Positions 50,224-59,520 of a DNA stretch of 64,000 nucleotides are shown one piece after another. Numbering within the stretch: position 1 is the stretch's first letter; each line of letters begins with the position of its first letter. Source of the stretch: an uncultured Acidobacteriota bacterium (GTDB taxonomy: Bacteria > Acidobacteriota > UBA6911 > RPQK01 > JAPXNP01); assembly GCA_964524795.1 (NCBI GenBank), contig CAZGEH010000001.1, positions 495,298 to 559,297 on the forward strand, given 5' to 3'. The notes under the pieces are model-generated. The model was not told where the DNA came from. It saw only the letters and a list, made by a program, of their open reading frames with translations, and did no database searches. The position numbers and the translations under genes are program-made.

Positions 50224-52293
50224 GTGAGGACGACTCTTCGGGTGCTGTGCGTGCTGGTTCTCTTGAGTCTCGTGGTTTCGTTGCCGTCTGCTTCCGCGCA
50301 GCCGGGCGAGGCCGCAGGCCTTACCCCGCACGATGTCGCCCGCATCCGGCAGGTCGCCACAGCGGTGATCTCGCCCGACGGGCGAAAGGCTGCCTTCATC
50401 CTGAGTGTCCCCCGTGTGCCCGGCACTGACGAGGACGGCCGGCCATGGACCGAGCTCCACGTGATCGATGTTGACTCGGGGACCCAGCGGCCGTTCATCA
50501 CCGGAAAGGTCGAGGTCGCCTCGATTGCCTGGACCCCCGACTCGCAAACCATTCTGTTCGTGTCGCGCCGGCCCGGAGATGAGACCCGGTGCCTGTACGG
50601 CATCGACCTTGCCGGGGGTGAGGCTCGCCGGCTGCTGGCCCTGGAGACGGACGTTTCCGCCTACAGCGTGGGAACGGGATCCACAGGCGGATTCCGGGTC
50701 GCCCTGCTGGCGGAGGAACCGCTGCCCAAAGAAGTCCAGGAACTCAGGAAGAAAGGTTTTCGCCAGCAGATCTACGAGGAGGATTGGCAGCCGAAACAGC
50801 TCTGGGTGGCCGACCTTCCCGGCGGGAAGCCCGAGCGCCGCGATCTGCCGGGCAGCGCAGTCAGGGTGAGTCACAGCCCGGTCGCAGGCTCTGATACTCT
50901 GGCCCTCACCACCGTCCCCCGCGCCCTGGTCGACGACGTCCTGATGCGCCAGTCCGTGACCATCCTGGCTGGCGGGCGCCAGGTGCCCGTGGAGAACCGA
51001 GGCAAGCTGGAAGGCCTGTTCTGGAGCCCTGACGGCCGCCGCCTGGCACTGCTTTCGGGAGCCGATCTCCATGACCCCCACGCCGGGAAGGCTGTTCTAG
51101 TGGACGCAGTTTCCGGGCCCCTGAGCCGTCCCGACCTGGGGGACGAAAGCTCGGTCTCGGACTTGGCCTGGCGTGATTCCGAACGGCTCCTGGTCCTGGA
51201 GGCGGCCGGGGTCTCGACCCGTCTGCGGGAGCTGGACCTGCGCAACTCCAGCCTGCGGACCCTCCTGGAGGGAAGCGGGCCGATTCTGACCTCCCTCAGC
51301 CTGTCCCGGGACGGCAGGCGGGCGGTTGCTCTGGGTCACGCCCCGGACCACCCTTCCGAGGTCTTCCTGCTGGAGGATCCCTTCACCGAAGCGCGGCGCC
51401 TGACATGGTCCAACCCCTGGCTGAAGGACCGGAGACTGGGACGCCAGGAGGTGGTCCGCTTCAAGGCGCGCGACGGCCTGGATCTCGAAGGGATGTTGAT
51501 CCACCCCCTGGACCGTGAGGATGGGCATCTCTATCCGCTGATCCTGACGGTCCACGGAGGGCCGGAGTCCCATTACAGCAACGGCTGGTTGACGAGCTAT
51601 TCCAACCCCGGCCAGATGGCGGCGGCCCGAGGGTTGGGAGTCTTCTATCCCAACTACCGGGGAAGCACCGGACGGGGAACCGCCTTCGCCAAACTGGGCC
51701 AGGCAGACGCCGCGGGGCGGGAGTTCGACGATCTGATCGACGGGGTGGATCACGTGATCCGGCTGGGCTGGGTTAACCCGGCCAAGATCGGTGTCACCGG
51801 AGGCTCTTACGGGGGTTATGCGACCGCGTGGTGCTCCACTTATTACAGCCACCGGTTCGCGGCCGGGGTGATGTTCGTGGGTATCTCCAACAAGATCTCC
51901 AAGGTGGGGACCACCGATATCCCGGACGAGGAATACCTGGTTCATGCCCTGAAGCGGCCGTGGGAGGACTGGGATTTCTTCCTGCGGCGCAGCCCGGTTT
52001 ACTACTCCGATCGCCACCGGACACCGCTGCTCATCCTCCATGGCGCCGACGACCCCAGAGTCGATGTGGGCCAGTCCCGGGAGTTGTATCGCCACCTGCG
52101 GCTTCGGAATCAGGCGCCGGTGCGGCTGGTGCTTTACCCCGGCGAGGAACACGGCAACCAGAAAGCGGCGGCCCGTCTCGATTACAGCCTTCGGATGCTC
52201 CAGTGGTTCGAGCACTACCTGGTCGGCCCCGGTGGGGACCCTCCCCCTGGTGCTGTCAACTACCAGCTCGAGACCCTGAAGCCTGAACCGTGA
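50224..52293 (+). CDS. S9 family serine peptidase (prolyl oligopeptidase / dipeptidyl aminopeptidase-like), secreted
   Basis: Signal peptide, an N-terminal beta-propeller (SPDG repeats) and a C-terminal alpha/beta hydrolase with GGSYGG nucleophile elbow and LILHGADDPRV. GTG start with GGGGGAGG Shine-Dalgarno (ATG 50179 is an alternative, overlapping the sixA stop). Confidence 0.85.
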   Translation: MRTTLRVLCVLVLLSLVVSLPSASAQPGEAAGLTPHDVARIRQVATAVISPDGRKAAFILSVPRVPGTDEDGRPWTELHVIDVDSGTQRPFITGKVEVASIAWTPDSQTILFVSRRPGDETRCLYGIDLAGGEARRLLALETDVSAYSVGTGSTGGFRVALLAEEPLPKEVQELRKKGFRQQIYEEDWQPKQLWVADLPGGKPERRDLPGSAVRVSHSPVAGSDTLALTTVPRALVDDVLMRQSVTILAGGRQVPVENRGKLEGLFWSPDGRRLALLSGADLHDPHAGKAVLVDAVSGPLSRPDLGDESSVSDLAWRDSERLLVLEAAGVSTRLRELDLRNSSLRTLLEGSGPILTSLSLSRDGRRAVALGHAPDHPSEVFLLEDPFTEARRLTWSNPWLKDRRLGRQEVVRFKARDGLDLEGMLIHPLDREDGHLYPLILTVHGGPESHYSNGWLTSYSNPGQMAAARGLGVFYPNYRGSTGRGTAFAKLGQADAAGREFDDLIDGVDHVIRLGWVNPAKIGVTGGSYGGYATAWCSTYYSHRFAAGVMFVGISNKISKVGTTDIPDEEYLVHALKRPWEDWDFFLRRSPVYYSDRHRTPLLILHGADDPRVDVGQSRELYRHLRLRNQAPVRLVLYPGEEHGNQKAAARLDYSLRMLQWFEHYLVGPGGDPPPGAVNYQLETLKPEP

Positions 52294-52411
52294 AGCCCCG
52301 GGACAGGGGAGACCGTCACCTTCCGAAGCAGCAGGTTCCATGTTTTTTCCCAGGTTCGGACTGCGCGACAATGTGCTGACCATGTGGGGAGTCGGTCAGT
52401 CAGAGGTGGGC

Positions 52412-53635
52412 ATGCTGCATCACGACTGGGCTGGTTTGTTGCTGGTGGCGGTGGTTTTGGCCGGAGCTTGCGGACGGCCGGAGCAGGCTCCGTCGCCATC
52501 AGCTTCTCAGACCTTCGGAGAGGCGGTCCGTTTCCTGCAGTCGCATCAGGAGGTTCTCATCCTCAGCCGCGGAAGCGCCCAGATCGCCGTGGTGCCGGCC
52601 TGGCAGGGCCGGGTCATGACCAGCACCAACGGCGGCGCGTCCGGACCCAGCTTCGGCTGGATCAATCACAAGCTCATCACGTCCGGCGAACTGCAGCCCC
52701 ACATCAACGTGTATGGCGGCGAGGACCGTTTCTGGATGGGGCCCGAAGGAGGCCAATATGCGATCTTCTTCCGCCCCGGCGACCCCTTCGATTTTGACCA
52801 CTGGCAGACGCCGGCCTGCATCGATACCGAGCCGTTCGAAACCGTCCGGGTCAGTGACACTGAGGCCGAGTTCCAGCGGGAAGTCGAACTGACCAACTAT
52901 TCGGGAACGAAGTTCAATGTCCGCATCCATCGGACTGTTCGGCTGCTGGATGATGCGGAGATCCGTTCGACTTTGCAGGACCTGGAGCCGGGACTCCGTG
53001 TCGTCGCCTTTGAATCGGAGAACCGGCTTGTCAACGCCGGCGGCGAGCCCTGGTCCAAGGCCACCGGGCTGTTGTCGGTCTGGATTCTGGGCATGTTCAA
53101 CCCATCTCCTCAGACCACCGTCATCGTGCCTTTCGTCGAGGGCAGCGAGCAGGAGCTGGGACCGATCGTGAACGACAGCTATTTCGGAAAGGTGCCGCCG
53201 GAGAGGCTGCGCATCGGCGAGAAGGCCCTCTCTTTCAGTGCGGACGGCCGGTATAGAAGCAAGATCGGTCTCAGTCCCGCCCGTGCGCGGGATCTGCTCG
53301 GGAGCTGGGACGCCCAGAACGAAGTGCTGACTCTGGTTCGCTATAACAAACCTGAGGGCGTGGCCGACTACGTCAACTCGGAATGGCGGCTGCAGGAGCA
53401 GCCCTACCGGGGTGACGTAATCAACAGTTACAACGATGGCCCACCAGCGCCCGGTGTCCCCCCGATGGGGCCTTTCTACGAATTGGAGACCTCATCGCCC
53501 GCCCGGGAATTGCAGCCGGGAGAGGAGGTACTCCACATCCACCAGACCATCCACCTCAGCGGCGACCGGGCCGCCCTCCATCGGTTGGCGGAACGGTTGC
53601 TGGGAGTGTCTGTGGACCCGCTCGCCATCCCTTAG
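52412..53635 (+). CDS. hypothetical lipoprotein (conserved, unknown family)
   Basis: Lipoprotein signal MLHHDWAGLLLVAVVLAGAC with a GAGGTG Shine-Dalgarno. A 407-aa soluble domain with no motif I can assign. Confidence 0.5.
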   Translation: MLHHDWAGLLLVAVVLAGACGRPEQAPSPSASQTFGEAVRFLQSHQEVLILSRGSAQIAVVPAWQGRVMTSTNGGASGPSFGWINHKLITSGELQPHINVYGGEDRFWMGPEGGQYAIFFRPGDPFDFDHWQTPACIDTEPFETVRVSDTEAEFQREVELTNYSGTKFNVRIHRTVRLLDDAEIRSTLQDLEPGLRVVAFESENRLVNAGGEPWSKATGLLSVWILGMFNPSPQTTVIVPFVEGSEQELGPIVNDSYFGKVPPERLRIGEKALSFSADGRYRSKIGLSPARARDLLGSWDAQNEVLTLVRYNKPEGVADYVNSEWRLQEQPYRGDVINSYNDGPPAPGVPPMGPFYELETSSPARELQPGEEVLHIHQTIHLSGDRAALHRLAERLLGVSVDPLAIP

Positions 53636-53655
53636 CCCGCTGCCGAGGTCGCCTT

Positions 53656-54084
53656 TCAGTGCGAGGCTCCGCCTTGGAGCTGTTCCAGATAGGCCACCAG
53701 GTCGACGGCTTGCCTGACGGTCAGCCGTTCCCCGTAATCCGTCATCCTGGACTTCCCTCCGGTCATGATGTTCACCTCGCTGGCGGTCTGGCCAGCGGGA
53801 GGCTGCGGCTGGGCAAACTGATGGGACGGCGCGACGATGGACTCAAACAGATAGAGGCGCGACTTGGGAGAGCCCGTCGCCCCCAACGCCACGTAGGTCG
53901 GAGTGATCGTGGTGGGTGGAGGATACTCGTCCCCCTTGACCTCATGGCACCCGTAACACTGAAGTTCGGTGAAAACCGCCTTGCCGGCAGCCGGGTCCCC
54001 GTCCGGCAGCACCAAAGGGGTTTGAGAACAGGCGCCTGCCGCCAACAGCGAAGTTGCGAGAGAAAGCAGCCCATGGCCTCTCAT
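53656..54084 (-). CDS. c-type cytochrome lipoprotein (class I, single haem)
   Basis: Lipobox LLAAGACS and the haem-binding CYGCH. 142 aa. GGAGG Shine-Dalgarno. Immediately downstream of the PQQ dehydrogenase. Confidence 0.8.
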   Translation of the reverse strand: MRGHGLLSLATSLLAAGACSQTPLVLPDGDPAAGKAVFTELQCYGCHEVKGDEYPPPTTITPTYVALGATGSPKSRLYLFESIVAPSHQFAQPQPPAGQTASEVNIMTGGKSRMTDYGERLTVRQAVDLVAYLEQLQGGASH

Positions 54085-54202
54085 AGGTCCTCCTTCCTTC
54101 TCCTCTGGACCAACCAACTGGCAGCGATGAGGCCATTGTAACGAATGTACTCCCCGCTGTCTTGACCCGGCATCTACTGGCTGTTGCCGCCCGGGAACAG
54201 GG

Positions 54203-56332
54203 TCAGGGAAGGCGGAAGCAATACCAGGCGTCTCCGGGTTTGGTTTCGGGCTTGCCGCCGCCCCCGGCCGCCACGATGACATACTGGCGCCCGTCGACCT
54301 CGAAGGTTGCCGGCGTGGCGTACGCACCAGCATCCAACTGGAACTCCCACAGCGTTTTTCCGCTCTCGGCGTCGATGGCGCGGAAGCGTTCATCCATGGA
54401 CGCCCCGATGAGGACCAGACCGCCACGGGTCACAAGCGGCCCCCCCATGTTGAAGGTGCCCGTGGGCGGATAGCCACGCCCTTCCAGTTCAGGGTAGGTT
54501 CCCAAAGGCACCTGCCAGACAAACCGCCCCTCGTTCAGGTCAATGGCAGTCAAGGTGCCCCACGGCCGCAGGTTCACCGGAAAGCCCTCCGGATCCCGGA
54601 ACACATTGTGGCCGCTTGCCACGAAAGGGACGTCTCCGGCGAAAGTCAGGTCGGCCGGGTCCAGCCGGACGGTGGTTTCGAGCTGCTTCTCGGTCAGAAA
54701 CGCGAGCAGGGACTGAAGTTCCACCTCGGCGAGATGCCCAAAGGCCGGCATCTGCCCGCGGCCTTCCCGGATGGTGCGGCGGATCTCCCCGGGATCACGA
54801 TTCCGCAGACCCTGTTTGAGCCGGCTCAGCGAACTGGTGCCCTCCGCCGCCACAGAATCGTCCAGACCGTGACAGGCCGAGCAGTTCGCACCGAAGAGCT
54901 GGCGGCCCAGCGCGCCAAGGGTGGTTTCGGCGGGAGGGGTCGCCTCGACCATCGAGATCCACTCGGCTTCGTTGCTGGCGTTGACGTACAGGACACCGGT
55001 TTCCGGATCGAAGGCGGCGCCGCCCCAGTCCGTGCCGCCGTTGAATTGCGGCAGGACCACCGACGGCTCCAGCGAGGGCGGCAGAAATATGTCCCCCGTC
55101 CTCATCCCCCGCAGTCTTTCCAGGACATGCTCCCGGGCTGCCGGGTTCAGATCGGTCACCTCGGCCGCCGTGAAACGCTGCTGGGCGTAAGGCGGCGGCA
55201 CCAGGGGGAATGGCTGGGTGGGCCACAGTTTCTCACCTGGAAGATCGGAGGCAGGTACCGGACGCTCCTCCACCGGAAACAAGGGGACGCCGGTCTCCCG
55301 ATCCAGCATGAACAGGTGCCCCATCTTGGTGGGCTGGGCGACGGCATCGACCAGCCGCCCTTCGCGCCGCACTGTGACCAGGTTCGGGGGACAGGGGAGG
55401 TCATAGTCCCAGACATCATGATGGACGACCTGGTAGTGCCAGATCCGTTTGCCGGTCCGGACGTCCAGGGCGATGACGCAGTTGCCGAAGAGGTTGGCCC
55501 CGATGCGGTTTCCACCGAAGTGATCGTAGGCAGGGGAACCGGTCCCGAAGAAGACCCAGCCGCGCCTGTGCTCCAGGGTGAAACCGCCCCACGCATTGGC
55601 GCCGGCGGCGGTGAGCCAGGCGTCCGGCGGCCAGGTTTCGTAGCCGAATTCCCCCGGATGAGGAATCGTGTGGAAGATCCAGCGGAGTTGCCCGCTCCGG
55701 GCGTCGTAGGCACGGACATGTCCGGGCGCGGCCGGACCCGGCCCTTCCCCCACCATTGCGCCGACAACCACGAAATCCTCGAAAACCAGGGGCGGCGTGG
55801 TAGCACTGACCAGCAGCCCGGCCGTGTCCCGGCCCAGGTTCTGCCGCAGGTCGATCCGCCCTCCGGCTCCGAACGCGGCCACCGGCCGGCCGGTGGCCGC
55901 CTCCAAAGCGTAGAGGTAGGGGCCGGCAGGAAAGAAGATGCGCTGGTGGTCGCCACCATCCCACCAGGCGACGCCCCGGTTGACACCGCCGCCGGGCGCG
56001 TCGCCGAAAGGGTCGAAGCGCCAGATTTCCCGGCCGGTCGCGGCCTCCAGAGCCAGCAGCTTCAGAGCCGGCGAGGTCAGGTAAATGATTCCGTCGACGA
56101 TGATGGGATTGCATTCGATCGTGGTGGGGGGATGTTGGCGGGCGTCGCCGGTGCGGAAAATCCATGCCGGCTGGAGCTTCGCCACATTGCCGCGATGGAT
56201 CTGATCCAGGGTTGAATACTTCGAGCCGCTCCAGTCCCCGCTGTACACTGCCCACTGTCGGTAGCTGGCCTGAGCCGGCACGTCGTCGTGCCGGACGGAC
56301 ACACAACCGGCGCCCAAGAGGGCCAGCAGCAT
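54203..56332 (-). CDS. PQQ-dependent dehydrogenase (8-bladed beta-propeller quinoprotein) with inserted cytochrome c domain, lipoprotein
   Basis: Lipoprotein signal MLLALLGAGCVS. PQQ-propeller W-motif repeats (AWIFRTGD..., GREIWRFD, GQLRWIFH, GKRIWHYQ, GKTLWEFQ). Internal CSACH haem site with downstream MPAFG (Met ligand). Confidence 0.8.
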   Translation of the reverse strand: MLLALLGAGCVSVRHDDVPAQASYRQWAVYSGDWSGSKYSTLDQIHRGNVAKLQPAWIFRTGDARQHPPTTIECNPIIVDGIIYLTSPALKLLALEAATGREIWRFDPFGDAPGGGVNRGVAWWDGGDHQRIFFPAGPYLYALEAATGRPVAAFGAGGRIDLRQNLGRDTAGLLVSATTPPLVFEDFVVVGAMVGEGPGPAAPGHVRAYDARSGQLRWIFHTIPHPGEFGYETWPPDAWLTAAGANAWGGFTLEHRRGWVFFGTGSPAYDHFGGNRIGANLFGNCVIALDVRTGKRIWHYQVVHHDVWDYDLPCPPNLVTVRREGRLVDAVAQPTKMGHLFMLDRETGVPLFPVEERPVPASDLPGEKLWPTQPFPLVPPPYAQQRFTAAEVTDLNPAAREHVLERLRGMRTGDIFLPPSLEPSVVLPQFNGGTDWGGAAFDPETGVLYVNASNEAEWISMVEATPPAETTLGALGRQLFGANCSACHGLDDSVAAEGTSSLSRLKQGLRNRDPGEIRRTIREGRGQMPAFGHLAEVELQSLLAFLTEKQLETTVRLDPADLTFAGDVPFVASGHNVFRDPEGFPVNLRPWGTLTAIDLNEGRFVWQVPLGTYPELEGRGYPPTGTFNMGGPLVTRGGLVLIGASMDERFRAIDAESGKTLWEFQLDAGAYATPATFEVDGRQYVIVAAGGGGKPETKPGDAWYCFRLP

Positions 56333-56496
56333 CAGGGACGTCCCCTTCGGAAGCGTGTCTGCCCGGAACGGGAACCTGCGGGAATCTGAGGTCGTCTTGT
56401 CTTCTGCTCTCATTCCTCCGTCCTCATTCGTCGTCCGCCGATGATACGGGCACAGCCTCAGTCTGTAACCCGATATGTGATGCCTCAATAAAAATC

Positions 56497-56525
56497 TTGA
56501 CATGGACGCGAGTTTACGCTACAGT
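56497..56525 (+). promoter_or_regulatory. near-consensus sigma70 promoter in AT-rich islet
   Basis: TTGACA (56497-56502), 17-nt spacer, TACAGT (56520-56525). Followed by AGGAG (56541-56545) and GTG 56552. Confidence 0.55.
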
Positions 56526-56551
56526 TGCAAGTAAAATTGCAGGAGCTGATC

Positions 56552-56830
56552 GTGTTGAGGCGGTGGCGGTTTGTATATGCCTTCCTCTTAGTTTGGGTTT
56601 TTTGGGCGCCGACGGGATCATCAGCCCAGTTCATGTGCCATCGTGAATGCCCCGAGGAAGACTTGGCCCAGTATTGGGAGCGTCTCGACTGCTGTGGGCG
56701 GGATGGCTGGATCATTCTGCATTATCCAATCGCCAGCCCACTCGAAGCGCCCTTCAGTTGCACGTTTGCAGAGCCGTTTTACCCGATCGTCGGCTGCGGG
56801 CAGTTTACCGGCGGGAGCTGCAGTTGGTGA
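56552..56830 (+). CDS. small secreted cysteine-rich protein (8 Cys in about 67-aa mature domain), unknown function
   Basis: GTG start with AGGAG-N6 Shine-Dalgarno. Signal peptide VLRRWRFVYAFLLVWVFWAPTGSSAQ. Mature part FMCHRECPEEDLAQYWERLDCCGRDGW...SCTFAEPFYPIVGCGQFTGGSCSW. Local GC is well below the genome background. Confidence 0.5.
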   Translation: MLRRWRFVYAFLLVWVFWAPTGSSAQFMCHRECPEEDLAQYWERLDCCGRDGWIILHYPIASPLEAPFSCTFAEPFYPIVGCGQFTGGSCSW

Positions 56831-56936
56831 TACATGGTGGAGGACTATCCTCTGAAGAGCTGCCCGCGCTGCGGGGTTGAGTGTGCGTAAGCCAGACGCC
56901 GTGCAAGATGCTGCAGACCGTTGGAGGCGTACTGCA

Positions 56937-57895
56937 ATGAGAATGTGCAACCCGGTCTTGCTTGGGTTACTGTTGACCGTGTCCTGTCCCCTGCTGGCCG
57001 GTGGCCAAGACGTTCTCCGATTCCCACACCGGGAACGTCTGATCGATATGGCCGTCGCGCCGTCAGGCAGGAGCTTCATCCTGAACGAATCCGGCTATGA
57101 TGAGCTGGACACGACCAGCGGGGCAATCGTACCTCGTCGATTTGATCCGACTGCTCTCGGGATGGGCCTGGTTTTCCAGCGGACTGCAAATCTGGCGATA
57201 TCCACGGATGGATCCGGCCGCCCGGTGATCCTCTGGCGCGGCCGTCTTGCCGACGGCTCGGCGCATCTCTTCGTGTCCAACATGGAATCAGGAGAAACCG
57301 TCGAGCTTGCCCCTTTCGGACTCAGCCGGGTCCATGATTTTGCGACGTACGCCGACGGGAGACTCCTTGTCGTCGGCCTGGGCCCACCGGCTCCCTCCTC
57401 CCTGCTCCATGAGTTTCGCGCCAACGGCGAGCATGTCCGTTCGTACCATACGCCTGACGCTTCATCCGCCGACGAGCCGGGATACTCGGTCGTGGCGGTG
57501 CTGGGGACTCCGTCTATCTGGTCCAAGGGATCAAGTCGTCTCGGGTCCACGAGTATCGGGCGGGTCAACTGGTCGCCACCTACGACCTGGGCGACGACGG
57601 AAAGGCGAGGTTCGTGTGGGGGATGGCTGCCGGGCCCGACGCTGTTTGGGTACATGCGGTATCTGGCACCGAATCAGAGGCTACCGACCGGACCGGGACT
57701 CAGCGCTTCGCGGCCCTCTTCGATGGCGGGCAGGAACTTTGGACCATCCGCAGCCGCGTACTTGCTCTGGTCGACTCGGGGTTCGATTCCGCCGCCCCCA
57801 TCCTCGGTGTGCTCCCCGATGGCCGGTTTGCGGCGGTGAAGTTGAGAGGAATCGGCGCGCCGTTTCTCGAGCCCCTATCGCTGGCGAGTCGGTAG
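56937..57895 (+). pseudogene. secreted protein gene disrupted by a frameshift near the GGGG run at 57504-57507 (or sequencing error)
   Basis: Frame A (from ATG 56937; signal peptide MRMCNPVLLGLLLTVSCPLLAGGQ) reads plausibly to ...YSVVAVLG. The protein-like reading then continues in the +2 frame (DSVYLVQGIKSSRVHEYRAGQLVATYDLGDDGKARFVWG...PLSLASR, stop 57895), while frame A degenerates into Pro/Ser/Gly-rich low-complexity sequence. Confidence 0.4.
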
Positions 57896-58117
57896 CGGCA
57901 AGCGGATGCTTCCCGGGGTTCCTCGGAACCGGCTGATCCCGGGTTCCGGGGTCCCAGAGTTCCAGCGTAGCGCCCAGCCTCCGAACCGTGACCTCGCCAC
58001 GGCAGACCGCTCGCTCGCTGGCGCCTGCGCTCTGAACAAGTCAGCGCCTTCGGCGTCCCAAGCACCCGCCTTGGGATGGGGAATCGCTCAGCCACCGGCG
58101 GGCTATATACTGGGCGG

Positions 58118-58831
58118 ATGCAAGACGGCCGGCAGGAAACGGAAGTTTACTCGGTCGGACATGTCGAAACGCTGGTTCATGGGCGCTTCCTGATCCGACG
58201 TGTGCCGGTGATGCCGGCACCGCTTCTCGTGGGCTTCCACGGCTACGCCGAAAACGCCGCGGACCAGATGGAACGCCTCCGCCGAATCCCCCAGGCTGAA
58301 CACTGGCTGATCTGCTCCATCCAGGCCCTGCACCCCTTCTACACGCGCTCGAATGGAGAGGTCGTGGCGAGCTGGATGACCAGCCTGGATCGCGAACGCG
58401 CGATCGAGCACAACCTGGAGTATGTCCGCCGGGTGCTGCAGCGCCTGGCGCGTCACTTCGAGGGCATGGGAATGCCACCGCTGTTCGCCGGGTTTTCCCA
58501 GGGAGCCGCCCTGGCCTGGCGGGCGGCCTGCCGGCTGGGCAGCCGGGGCGTCATTGCCGTGGGCGCGGAAATTCCACCGGAGCTGACCCTCGAGCAACTG
58601 GCTGCCGTTCCCGCGGCGTTCCTGGCGCGGGGGACCAACGACCGCAAATACCCACCTGAACGCATGGCCTCCGACCTGTCCCGGCTCGAACGATGCGGGG
58701 TGGAGGTGCAGACAGCGGAGTTTCCAGGAGGTCACCTTTGGAACGAGGCGCTGGATCCCCACCTGGCCCGCTTCATCGAGCGGCTCCCTTGCTGCTCCGG
58801 GACCCGCCCCGTCGCTCAGACCAAACCGTAG
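58118..58831 (+). CDS. alpha/beta hydrolase, phospholipase/carboxylesterase family
   Basis: LLVGFHGYAE, nucleophile elbow GFSQGA, and a C-terminal His region. About 237 aa (ATG 58076 is an alternative start). Confidence 0.75.
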   Translation: MQDGRQETEVYSVGHVETLVHGRFLIRRVPVMPAPLLVGFHGYAENAADQMERLRRIPQAEHWLICSIQALHPFYTRSNGEVVASWMTSLDRERAIEHNLEYVRRVLQRLARHFEGMGMPPLFAGFSQGAALAWRAACRLGSRGVIAVGAEIPPELTLEQLAAVPAAFLARGTNDRKYPPERMASDLSRLERCGVEVQTAEFPGGHLWNEALDPHLARFIERLPCCSGTRPVAQTKP

Positions 58832-59520
58832 CGGACCAGCAGCTCCCGATCCGAGATCAGGTCCGCCGGTTTTCCGTCCGCCACCAGGCGGCCGCGATCG
58901 AGGACCACCATGCGGTCGGCGATTTCTTCCACCAGCGGGAGGTCGTGGGTCACGATGAGCTGGGTCTCCGGGCGGTCTGCCAGGACCCGCAGGATCCGGC
59001 GGCGCCCCCGGGCGTCCAAGGCCGAGGTAGGTTCGTCCAGGGCCAGGATCCGGGGACTCATTGACAGCACGGTGGCGATGGCGGCGAGCTTCTTCTCTCC
59101 CAGCGAGAGCTGGTGCGGCGCCCGTTCAGCCTTGCCGTTCAAGCCCACCGCCTGCAACGCCGCTTCAACCCGCTCTCTCACCTCCCCTTCCGGCAGTCCC
59201 ATGTGCAGGGGCCCGAAGGCCACGTCGTCATACACCGTCGGACAGAAAAGCTGATCGTCTGGATCCTGGAACACCTGGCCTACCATTGACCGGATCCGGC
59301 GCAGGTTGGCGTCGTTGACCGGTATGCCCGCCACGAAGATCTGTCCTTCGCCTCGTAACAGGCCGTTCAGGTGCAGCAGGAGGGTGGATTTCCCGGCTCC
59401 GTTGGCTCCGACAATGCCGGTTTTCTGACCCGGCGGCACCACCAGGTTGATCCCCTCCAGGGCGCTGAGACCTCCCGGGTATCGGAAGGAAAGATTCCTG
59501 ATCTCCAGATCCGGGGTCAT
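58816..59520 (-). CDS. cbiO: ECF transporter ATPase (CbiO/EcfA-like)
   Basis: Walker A GANGAGKST, Q-loop, ABC signature LSLGEKK, Walker B ILALDEPTSALD. N-terminal LEIRNLSFRYP is typical of CbiO. 234 aa. Confidence 0.9.
   Translation of the reverse strand: MTPDLEIRNLSFRYPGGLSALEGINLVVPPGQKTGIVGANGAGKSTLLLHLNGLLRGEGQIFVAGIPVNDANLRRIRSMVGQVFQDPDDQLFCPTVYDDVAFGPLHMGLPEGEVRERVEAALQAVGLNGKAERAPHQLSLGEKKLAAIATVLSMSPRILALDEPTSALDARGRRRILRVLADRPETQLIVTHDLPLVEEIADRMVVLDRGRLVADGKPADLISDRELLVRYGLV

Noticed and set aside
54085-54426. upstream extension of the cytochrome c ORF
   Set aside because: It would overlap the PQQ dehydrogenase 3' end. The internal ATG 54084 has a GGAGG Shine-Dalgarno and yields a lipoprotein signal immediately.
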